Source: Amoebophrya sp. A120 (Eukaryota > Protista > Dinoflagellata). From it: a DNA stretch of 64,000 nt. The notes beneath the pieces are model-generated. The model saw nothing but the letters and a program-made list of their open reading frames with translations, searched no databases and was not told the origin of the DNA. The stretch spans positions 3,658,529 through 3,722,528 of the forward strand of contig CAJINV010000009.1 of the NCBI GenBank assembly GCA_905178155.1, in the 5' to 3' direction. This document shows, piece by piece, positions 52,920-63,529 of this stretch (the first letter of the stretch is position 1; each line of letters starts with the position of its first letter). A program made the position numbers and the translations under genes.

Positions 52920-53069
52920 NCGGGTTGGCGCGGCGCAAACAGGCGGAAGGAGCGGGACTCCAGTATGTTTCGTTGTGCATATTAGGCCCGTGGCGTTGTG
53001 GTCCGATCGGCAAACAGTCTTGCCCCGGCCCAACAGCCCTGCGCTCCGGCGGCAGCCGGAGCATGGCTG

Positions 53070-53102
53070 GTTTATACTAGTGCGATACTTTTGCAGTTCA
53101 TA
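53070..53102. mobile_element. Orphan right end of a family A element
   Basis: tactagtgcgatacttttgcagttcata followed after 5 nt by an in-frame exon. Confidence 0.7.
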
Positions 53103-53107
53103 GTGGT

Positions 53108-56100
53108 CAAAAATTTTCACACGATCTGCAAGGCGAGCAGGCGAGTGCTGCGCCAGCACCTTCTGTTCCAGGAGAAGTGGATCAACACGCCTCCAAAAGT
53201 GGAAAAACGAACAGCGCGGTAGCGTCGACGGAGGGTGGACCCGAAGAATTAGTGCGAGAGCCACGTAGTTGTACTAGCGAAACTGCTCCGACTAGTACAG
53301 CCTCCCAACAACTCGACCTCGATTTGGTGCAACAGGAGGTGAAGAAGGGGTGCGATACGCTGTCCCTGAAGGTGAAAACGGTGTTGCAGGCGGTAAAAGA
53401 AGACCTGACCAACCAAATCAAACACGGCGACGAGGCCGCGGCCAAGAACCTGCAGCAATCCGCACAGAGCCTGTTTTCCAACTACAAGGAGGAAATTCTC
53501 GGGATCCTGGAGGAAAAAATCGAGAAATTGGATGGGAAAATCAATAGTTGTAGTACAGCGAGAGAAAGTAGTAGTAATGCCAGTTCTGCCTCAAACGCCA
53601 ACGCGTGGGGCGATTTCGCCAGTGGTAACGATGCTGGATTTACTCAAGGACAAGCCGAACTACAGGGTACGACGTCTGCGGGCGTGGGTGGAGACAACTG
53701 GCAGGAAAACGATTTCCCTGCTGCTTCAGTATCAGTACCATTAGCCAGAGCAGCATCCACCTCGGGCGCGTCCCAGCAGGAGGGGCACCAGCCACAGTCT
53801 GTACCTGTTCTTACACAAGACCAAATCACGTCCGCGGTCGAAGATTTGGAAATGAAATTGACCAGCGCCTTTGTTCCCCTCGCCGCGTGGAAAAGCGAAG
53901 TCGCGAAGTTTCAAGAGGCGCAGAAATTCTTCGGCGAAAAGCAGGAAAAAATCGACGCGAGCCTCGAGCAGGCCGAGCAGAAGTTCGCCGAGCAGTTTAT
54001 GCTCTGATCAGCTGGTGCGACACTCGACGTCTCAACTGGAACGCTACTGCAGTTTATTGAATTTGTGTTGCGTGATAACTGGCAAAAAAAGCCTTTTCTA
54101 GTGCTGCACACAGCTGCGCATGACCGATTTTGTACGGATAATTGCGGTCTTGGATTTACGTACGTCTGTTGTGCTGGTGAGCCTGAAGCTGAATAGGCAG
54201 GGGATTACCCTAAGAATAAGAACTAGAAGCTTGTCCGCCCTTATCTTTCGTCACAAAAAAATGTACTCATTCCAGTTGACGTTGAGAGTGTAGTCACGGC
54301 TGAGCAGGCAATACAGTTCGAGAACGCGCTATGGATGTGTCAGAGTTGAAATCGACAAAGTTGAAATAATTTGTCATGCATGAAATGGATGCCAGTTGGA
54401 AGCCAGTTTCCAAGCGGCGCATGACAAATTTCGGTGGTCCCTAAATCCAGTTTGTCATGCTGTTTAAGCAAAGAAGAGCGATTTTCTCATGCTACTTTGG
54501 CAGCTCGAGCTGTAGCCCCAAACAGGCTTACAATCGGCCTCACTTGCCTGCTCTGCAACACACGTGCCGCGGGTCATGCATTTTATGCATGACAAATTAT
54601 TTCAACTTTGACGATTTCAAACCTGACGCTTCCATACGCGCAGAACAAGTGGGAACAGAATCTGTTGCAGGTGAGGAACGACCTGGATCTCGGCAGCTTT
54701 TCGAAGATATGAACTGCAAAAGTATCGCACTCGTATAAATGCATTACAAATTTCCTCAGCATGAAAAATGAAATTTGTAATGCTGATTTGCCTTCAGAAA
54801 AAAATTTGTGATGCAAGACTTGCATTTATACGAGTACGATACTTTTGCACAGGATAAAAGAAGCTCGAAGACACTTTCGCACAGAAACTCGCCGCGAAGG
54901 AATTTGACATCGAAGAGAAAATCCGGACCGAGGGCCCCACGATTTTGGGCCACCTGCTCGACGATCACTGTTCCAAAGCTGTGCTCGAAAAAACGTTGCA
55001 GCAAACCCAGTCCAAGCTGGAGACTTTTGTCATGTCCAAGGAACAAAACCTACTCCGGGAAATTGCGGAAGTGCGGGATGAAATGAAACAAGAAGTAGCG
55101 GCTGTTGTAGTTGCTTCTGACCAGCAGCACACGACGGCTGCAGGAGCGGACGGCGCAGCTGCCTCCTCGTCTACTTCGCAAGCGTCGCGAGAAGAGCTGG
55201 ACCTCTTGCAAGCTGATTCGCGTCGTCACGACCAAGAGCTCGGTGACTTTCAGCGCAAACAGGACGAACAGGAACAGACGTTGACCCGCCTCGGGGATGA
55301 AACCGAGCAGTTACTGGCGATGAAGTTGGACAAACAAAATTTCGAGCAGTACCAAAACACCGTTTCCGAGAAAATGGACACGTTTGTGAACGAACATTTT
55401 TACAACAGCGACCTAGCCGCTATGGATTGCAAAAGATGTCTGGGTCTGGAAGAGTACAAACTTGCGATGCGCATCTCAGAACACAGAAAAAGCTCTCATG
55501 CATAGGTAGCAATAGCTGCCCGCTTTCTGTCACCGAACAAGTGGGGGATTTGTCATGCGGATTCGGCATTGCGGAGGTTTCTCGAAGCCTGTGATGCTAG
55601 AGCTTCCATGCCAGGCCTTCTGTGTCATGCAAAAGCAGCGTGATCCTTCGAGACCCAGACACTTTTGCATTTGATGACCGCGAAACTGCAGCAATTCGAG
55701 CGGAAAATCACCGCGGACCAGTCCGGGGTGCTTGACGAAAAATTATCAAATGCAAAAATGTCTGGGTCTGGAAGGATGCAAGGTTTGTCATGCTTGTCTG
55801 GCATGACTGAAAAGTCTGTGATGCGTGTCCAAGAAGAGACCCTTTTGCTTGTCATGCAAAAACGCAGTTTGTCATGCGGAAAACGCAACACCAAGCCCCG
55901 CAAATATTTCTCATGCTTGGCTGTGCATTGCAGACCATTCACTATTCACAACTCAGCATAATTACAAGTTTCCAGACCCAGACATATTTGCAATGCATAA
56001 AAATTGAAACAGTACGAGTCCAAATTCCAGGACGCGCAGTCCTCGTTTGGGCTGAAATATGACTTGCTCAAGTGTTACAATCTCAAACGTGATGAGCATG

Positions 56101-59100
56101 ACAGACTCGCACAGCGGTCCACCTTTTGCAATACAAATTGCGCCAGATTGTAGTGTGGTTTGGAGCTCTGGAACTTGTCATGCGCAAGCCTCTGCGAGTT
56201 GGCTACGATCATGCACTCTTGCATCACAGATTGCCACACTCTATTGCAACGTTTGAGATTGTAACACCTGAGTGGGTCATATGAAAGTGAAGGACTTTCT
56301 GAAGTCCACGGCAAAGGAGATGCAGGTGAGCTGCGAACGGCAGGATAAGGAGTGCCAACTGCTCCGGTCGGACTTGGAAAAACAAATCGCGGAGGGCATC
56401 GCGAAGCTCGAGTCCGAAATCGTCACACTCAGCCACGAAGTCCACCCGATCAAAGACGAGTTCACTCAGGAGCGGACAGCCGCTGTAGTAGAGCAGCAAC
56501 TGGAAGCGAAATCGGCAGAGTTGGAGGGGAAACTCACAGCCAAGTGCACCGGGTTTATCGACGCGGCAGCTGAAGATTTACAGCAGAGCGTGAAGAGGAG
56601 CATTGAAGAAGCGAGTCGGGCAACCGGTGAACTGTTGCTGAGCAAAACGGAACAAGGAGTGGAGATGAAAGTGCAGGCGGTCCGGTCCGAGATGGTGACG
56701 TCTTTGGAGGAAAAAGAGAAGGCGATACTCGCTACTACCGACGAAAAAATACGGGCGATTTGGTCCGGACAGATGGAAAACAATCTTCCGAAAATCATCG
56801 ACGACCGAATCTTGGCTGCTCGTGCGGCTGACGAGAACACGCAGCTCGCGACCGAGCGGCAACTTGTCGACGCGAAGATCTCGGCCAGCAGCGAGCAGGT
56901 GACACAGGACTGCGAGGAAAAGATCACGAAGCTCAGCGGCACGCTGCTAGCCTCGGTCGACTCCAGAATAGCCACGGTGCAAGACTCTATTGCGGTCCAG
57001 TTGGAACAACAGCGAAGAAAGGCCTCGGAGCAGGCAGAAGGACAGGTGAAACTGCAGGTGCAACAAGATATCGTGAGAAAAAAGTGTTTCATTGTGAGGA
57101 CTTTGCAAGTTTTGCATTACAATCTCGTTACACATGACAAGGGAAACCTGCCATGCGTACTACCTGAGGGAAAACACATTGAAAAAGACAATGTCTTGCA
57201 TGTGTAGCAAGACAAATGCGTCTGTGTTGCATTCCATGCATCACAAGTTTACAGTGAAACAGTTTTTTGCTGCGATACAAGAAGTGGCAGCAGCAGTGTC
57301 GAATGCTGTGGAGGAGAAGATGAACCAGGCGGAAAAATATCAAATGCAAAAGTGTCTGGGTCTGGAAGATTCTAAACTTGTGATGCTGTGTTTGCATTCT
57401 AAAAGAAATTGTATTGCATGACCAGCAAGATGAGGACTCCAGTTCCTCCTACGCGGAGAGGACATTTGTCATGCGGTAGAGGTATCACAAGGCCCTCTAA
57501 AAATCTGTGATGCTACGGCATGCATCACAGACATCATGGCTCATTGAAAATATGCATGACAAATCTAGAAAACTTCCAGCCCCAGACACTTTTGCATTTG
57601 ATAAAAAAGATAAAGAAGCAGCCGCTACGGCTTCTCTTCTTCAAGTCGGTTCTTTGGTAGAAGAACAGACGAAGACGCTGCTAGCTGAGAAACTCGCGAC
57701 CTCTTCCGGCGAGATCCTGACGAAAGTAGAAGAGGAAATGAGCAAGAAATTCCAAGAGTACGAAAGCACGGCGGGCGCGTTAGTGGACGACAAGATCGCT
57801 TTTTCCACAGACATGTGGAAAATTGACTTGGAGCAAAAATTGGAATCTTTTGGCACCGCGTTCGCGGCGGACCGAGACGCAACCAAGGCCAGCATGGTCT
57901 CCCCGGAGCGCCTGGCCGAGCAGCTTCTTGCTGCGAAGGGCGACACGGTGGAACTTCTGGAGACGAAGATTTCTGATGCTAGTTCTGCAATGGAGACGAA
58001 GATTTCGGATGCGAATTTTGCATTGCATATCCACAAAAAAACAACCACTCCCTTCCAATTTTTGCATGACAAGTAGTGGACTTTATGCACGCTTTGCATG
58101 ACAAATTGGATAAGGATGGTTCTTTTCTCTTGCATAGTGCAAACCGAGGTGGAGAAGAAGCTGCAATCTCTGGAAGGGCAAATTATCGGGAGCGTTGCGG
58201 AACAAAATAAGTTTTTTGTGAACAGCGAGGCCGTTGCTGCCACAGTGGACGCGAAGCTAGCGATCGCAATATCGTTATCCTGTGTAAAAACGTCCCCACC
58301 CCATAGTCAAGATGGGGATTTTGCAACACAAACGTAGAAGTTTTGGGACTCACGCATCACAAGTTGCAGTCCGTAGTGTAGTGCAGGTTAGCAAGGAAAA
58401 ACGCATCACAAATCCATCTGCTGATCGTGGTTACAGCATTACAAATGCCAAAAAACGACTAGAAACGCCTCTCATGGAGATGCGCGTCACAAATGTCCCT
58501 GTCAATGCAAATGTGCATCACAACTCTGCGGTGGGGACGTTTTTGCAAATGATAATCGTCCGTGATCCCCAGCTGCATCGACGAGAAGTTGCTTCAGCAG
58601 CAAGCATATCAAATGCAAAAATGTCTGGGTCTGGAAACTTGTGATGCTGGGTGGTGTATCATGAGGAAGCAACAAGTGCTGGCTGAGCATGACAAGTTTA
58701 TGAGCTTCTGGGTGTTGCCTATTCTGCATGACAAGCTGCGTTTTTGCATGACAGAAAAATGGGGGTCTTGGGTAACGTGCATGACAGATTTAAGAGTCAT
58801 GCCGGACAAGCATGACAAATCTCGCAATCTTCCAGAGCCAGACATTTTTGCATTTGATATAGCCGCCGCCGAAGCAGCTACAAACAACAACATCGAGGAG
58901 TGTGTTTCGAAAATTTCCGGCGAAAAAATGCAGCAATTTCAGCAGCATTTTGAGCAGCGACTCGCGACGGCCGAGCACGAGTTTGATACGAAGTTGGCTA
59001 TGGCGTTCTCAAACGTTGTTACACTCTCAACTGTTACATGGATTTGTGATGCAAAAGCAGCAATAGCGAAAGGGGCGAGCTTGCAAGTCTCGCACCACAA

Positions 59101-62100
59101 ATTTGGGACACATTCAGATGCTGTCTAGCCCTTCGAGAATTTCTCATGCGAAGCAGCTTGATGGTCTGGCCGCTCATGATCATTTTGCATGATAAATCAT
59201 CTAACAGTTTAGGTTGTAACGCTTAAGAGTGCCATATTGCCCGACAAAATGTTCGCGGTCACCAACGGGCTTTCGGAGAAATATCCTGTGCAAAAGTATC
59301 GTACTCGTACTAATTGCATTGCTGCATAATTACAAATCTTTTTCTTAGTGCAAATCCGCATTACAAATTCAATTTGTAATGCTATTAGTAAATTTGTAAT
59401 GTAAAAATTCATACTAGTACGATACTTTTGCAGTTGATAAGAAAATCACGACGACAAATCAGGAGCTGGCACAAACCATCATGGCGGACGTGGCAACAAA
59501 AATCGAAACTTGTCAGGCGGATTTTACAACAACAGCCCATACACGACACCGCGAGGACGAGATGAAGCAGGACCTGGAAGATCGCGAACGTCGTATCCGC
59601 GCCGAGTTCGGAGAAAAACTTGTCGAGCTGAATACCCGAGTCGACGACTACAGCGCAAAGGTTACCGAGCAGGCGAATCTACTTGAGGCCAACATGCAGC
59701 AGATGACGAAAGATAAAGAACAAGATGAAGACATCAAGAACGGGGAGAATGAAAATATCGTCGACAGCACTTCTTCATCTTCTATCAACGAAGAAAAAGT
59801 GCTAGATTTGATCAAAACCGAGCAAGACCAGTTCAAACAGCAGATCCGAGAACGGCTGGGCCCGAGACTGGAGTCGCTGCAGGAAGAGCAAAGAAAGTTC
59901 GCGGAGAGGATCGAAGTGGTGCAACAAGAGTTACAGCAAACCACCACGGCAACAAGTAGAGCCGCGATATTAAGCAAGGAGGAGGTGCAGGAGCTAGTCG
60001 AAGCCTCGTCCCGACAGCAAGGGCTGGAACAACGTGAAACCGAGGGTAAACTTCTTGAAAAGACAAGAGGAGAACTGGATGAAAGGACTCAAAAGCTGTC
60101 CGACAAGGTCGACCAAAGCATTCAACTCGCCGAGCGAAACTTGACGGAAGACCTGAAGCAACACGTAGCGGACCAAGTTGCGAGTATTATCCTGAGTAAA
60201 AACGTCCCCACCCCATAGTTGTCATGCAGATCTGCATGCTCAGAATGTGTGTCATGCGGCTCTCCATGAGAGGCATTACCTAGTGGCGTTTGGGAATCTG
60301 TCATGCGCTAATCAGGATGACAGACTGGATCTGTGATGCGTTNNNNNNNNNNNNNNNNNNNNNNNNNNNNNNNNNNNNNNNNNNNNNNNNNNNNNNNNNN
60401 NNNNNNNNNNNNNNNNNNNNNNNNNNNNNNNNNNNNNNNNNNNNNNNNNNNNNNNNNNNNNNNNNNNNNNNNNNNNNNNNNNNNNNNNNNNNNNNNNNNN
60501 NNNNNNNNNNNNNNNNNNNNNNNNNNNNNNNNNNNNNNNNNNNNNNNNNNNNNNNNNNNNNNNNNNNNNNNNNNNNNNNNNNNNNNNNNNNNNNNNNNNN
60601 NNNNNNNNNNNNNNNNNNNNNNNNNNNNNNNNNNNNNNNNNNNNNNNNNNNNNNNNNNNNNNNNNNNNNNNNNNNNNNNNNNNNNNNNNNNNNNNNNNNN
60701 NNNNNNNNNNNNNNNNNNNNNNNNNNNNNNNNNNNNNNNNNNNNNNNNNNNNNNNNNNNNNNNNNNNNNNNNNNNNNNNNNNNNNNNNNNNNNATATCAA
60801 ATGTAAAAATGTCTGGGTCTGGAAGAATGCAACTTGTCATGCTAAATCTGAAGCATGCAAAAATCTGTGTTGCATGATTACCAAAAGTCGCCCAGTTTTG
60901 ACCAAGTCGGGAGGCAGTTTCTCATGCAGGATAGGCATGAGAAAGATCGCACAGAATCTGTCATGCTAGGTCCTGCATTCCAGACCTCATGGGTCATGGA
61001 AAAGCTGCATGACAAATCGCGCACTCTTCCAGACCCAGACATTTTTACAGTTGATAAGAAAAAGCAAAAATGGACGCCGTCGCCAGCGAAGAAGCCACCT
61101 CCGCGGCCGAGGAGGAGAGAAAGCGCACCGCAGCTGCGGAGCAGGTTCTCCTGACCCAGGAACAACTTGCTGCTCTCGAAACCAGAATCACGGAGGAGTG
61201 CGGGAAGCTGGAAACTGTGATGCGAAAGTTTCCGGAGTGGACGACTTCGAAGATCGGGGAAGCGACAGAGGGTCAGGGGGACAAACTGAACAGCGTTTAC
61301 CAGGAGCTACAGGAGCAGTTGAAGAGACTCCAGGCGGACGCTCGGCTGGAGCAGGAGGAGAAAATTGCGATGCTGAAGCAGGAGGTTAGGGCAGAAATTG
61401 ATGAAATGGTATGCTCAAGAACAACATCATCTTCCCAGGTGGAGAACAAGTCTGGCACTACTTCTGCCACAACCTTGTCCGAAGTGGAGCAACTTGTCGA
61501 AGAAAAGCTATCCACCTTCAGAGCCGCGCAAGAGGAACACCTTTTGCAGCAGGTCCGACGAGAATCCGCCGCAGAGAGAGCGGAGAGAGAAGAAGAAGTC
61601 GCACGACATGCAGATCTATCAAATGCAAATATGTCTGGGTCGGGAAGGATGCAAGGTTTGTCATGCTTGTGTGGCATGACCCTTAAATCTGTCACGCGCG
61701 TTACCCAAAGAGCCCCATTTTTCTGTCATGCAGAAACGCTGTCTGTCACGCAGATGAATAGGTAACACCTAGAAGCTCAGAATTGTGCCACGCTGAGCCA
61801 GCACTTGTGGCCTCCTCACGATGCCGCGCCACCCAGCATCACAGGTTTCCAGACCCAGACATATTTGCAATGCATAAGATCAACTACATCCGTCGGTGGA
61901 GAAGAATTTTTACCTCACAACCGACCAAGTGACGGAGTTGTGCGACTCCAAACTGCAACACTACATGACGAGCAGCTGCTTCGAGGAGAAGGTTTCCACT
62001 TTGGCGCAAACCCAGGAGGAGCAAGTGCAACAGCAGCAGGCTGCGTTTGAGGAGCAGATTGTGACGAAAATGGAAAACTACGACCAGCAGATCGACTTGA

Positions 62101-63529
62101 ATAAGCAGTGGTGCACGGAGATTATCGACGAGCAAACGCTGTTTGTGAACAAAAAGTTCACAGAAGTTCTAGACATTTGCAAGAACGAGAGCGCGGAGTT
62201 GAAATCGGATCTGTATCTGGAGTTGGACTGCTGCAAGAAGTATCAACTGCAAATATGTCCGGGTCTGGAAGGTTGGAACTTGTAGTGCTAGCTTTCCACA
62301 CATTAGGAAATCTGTATTGCATAGCCAACAAAAGCCGCAGCCTCTTTTGTACTTGCAAGAACGCACTTTCTCATGCGGATTGGCTAGCATGAGAAAGTGT
62401 TCCGAATTAAAGTTGTCATGCTGTGTTGCATTCGGAACTGTTTCCATCATCCACATTTTAGCATCACAAATCTCCAGACGCAGATGACATATTTGCAATC
62501 CATAAGAAGGATTTGCTGCACCTGGAAGAAAAAACGCTGCTCTGGGATGACCGATTCAACGGCGCCGAGGCCCGCGCGAAACAAGAAAGCGAGAAACAGA
62601 GAAAAGAAACGGAAGCCGCACTAGAATTGAGGTTGGAGGAAACAGTGAACACCAAGGTCAACGACCTGAAGGAGAAACTGGGCACCAAGCTGAATATGAA
62701 TTGCAAAAGCAAGAACATCGTACTAGTTCTAGTTCGTATAAATTGCATATACAAATTAGCTCAGCATGACAAAAGAAATTTGTCATGCTGTTTTGGCTTG
62801 GGATGGATATTTGTAATGCATGACTGCGATTACTACGAGTGCGATACTTTTGCACAGGATATTGAAGCAGCACTTGCAAAACGGGGAGGAGAGGTGCAAC
62901 GGAATGGAAACGCGGTGCGACCTGGTGGAGACCCAGTGCGGATCCTTTGTGCAACAGCTGCGGGACTTCGATTTGAAAATTTCCAACCTCTCAGAAGAGC
63001 TGGAACTGGCGAAGACTACGCATAATTCATCTTTCGCAGGAACAAAAAAGCCATTTCCTGAACAGGATTTCTCGTCCGAAGAAGATCAGGCGGAAAAGAT
63101 AAAGAGACAAGCAGCCGCAGTCGAAGAAAATGCCGCGGCGATAGAAACTCTTCGGACGAAGGTTTCCACGATCGAAAAAGAGAAGGTCCAGAATGAGCAG
63201 CACTTCGCAGACTTGCTAGAGGGAGAAAAGCATGAACGCGCGAAGCAGATCAAGGACATGGAGGAAAAGCAAGCTTCGCGGGAAGGCCAATACGCGAGAC
63301 AGTCCGACTTCGAGGAGCTCAGTACGGTGCTGGCGAACGAAGCGAGACAGCGGGAAGCGCTGCTGGAGGAGGAACGAAACCAAAGAGAAAATGAAACGAA
63401 GGAAATGAAGCTGAAGATCGCGACGAAAGTGAAAGCGATCGAGCAAAAGATGTCGGACATGGCGGAAAAAATAACCACAACCGCGACAACCGCTGCCGAA
63501 AGGCGTAGTACGGAGGACGAGCGACTAGC
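53108..63529 (+). CDS. Long coiled-coil protein (partial: start not found, assembly gap inside, probably continues beyond the window), about 20 TIR-introns
   Basis: E/K/Q/A/L-rich exons that join in frame under the element+5 rule. Confidence 0.75.
53998..54313. mobile_element. Degenerate TIR-intron
   Basis: DR CAGTT. Confidence 0.75.
54330..54636. mobile_element. TIR-intron family D (inverted near-copy of 41689)
   Basis: DR CGCGC. Confidence 0.9.
54708..54856. mobile_element. TIR-intron family A
   Basis: DR GAAGA/AAAGA. Confidence 0.9.
55421..55676. mobile_element. TIR-intron family B (inverted relative of 5354; ATG end)
   Basis: DR GCCGC/ACCGC. Confidence 0.85.
55744..55999. mobile_element. 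TIR-intron family B
   Basis: DR AAAAT. Confidence 0.9.
56058..56281. mobile_element. TIR-intron E-like
   Basis: GTGTTACAATCTCAAACGT TIR; DR TGAAA. Confidence 0.9.
57069..57277. mobile_element. TIR-intron family H
   Basis: DR CAAGA. Confidence 0.85.
57338..57603. mobile_element. TIR-intron family B
   Basis: DR AAAAA. Confidence 0.9.
58028..58136. mobile_element. TIR-intron H-like (shortest, 109 bp)
   Basis: DR TTGCA/GTGCA. Confidence 0.8.
58276..58554. mobile_element. TIR-intron family G
   Basis: DR ATCGT. Confidence 0.9.
58607..58859. mobile_element. TIR-intron family B
   Basis: flanks AAGCA/TAGCC. Confidence 0.85.
58999..59236. mobile_element. TIR-intron family E
   Basis: DR TTGGC/TTGCC. 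Confidence 0.85.
59282..59439. mobile_element. TIR-intron family A
   Basis: DR AGAAA. Confidence 0.9.
60188..60342. mobile_element. TIR-intron family G, left part (runs into the gap)
   Basis: TATCCTGAGTAAAAACGTCCCCACCCCATAG. Confidence 0.8.
60343..60793. other. Assembly gap (N run)
   Basis: Run of N. Confidence 1.
60795..61056. mobile_element. TIR-intron family B
   Basis: both TIRs present; left flank lies in the gap. Confidence 0.85.
61617..61876. mobile_element. TIR-intron family B
   Basis: DR AGATC. Confidence 0.9.
62241..62504. mobile_element. TIR-intron family B (inverted relative of 8701)
   Basis: DR AGAAG. Confidence 0.9.
62695..62861. mobile_element. TIR-intron family A
   Basis: DR CTGAA/TTGAA. 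Confidence 0.9.

Noticed and set aside
48701-53264. Very long ORFs (up to 1437 aa) on both strands
   Set aside because: Artefacts of stop-free 54- and 96-bp GC-rich tandem repeats, open in several frames at once
60290-60877. ORFs spanning the N run
   Set aside because: Assembly gap artefact
3690-62861. CRISPR-like repeat/spacer pattern or prokaryotic IS elements
   Set aside because: Repeats are inverted pairs bounding 110-480 bp inserts, the 'spacers' are exons of eukaryotic genes, and no cas or transposase genes are visible
5058-62954. Recurrent peptides such as SCAKVSYSY, KMSGSGR, FQTQTYL in many short ORFs
   Set aside because: They are translations of the shared TIRs, not a protein repeat family
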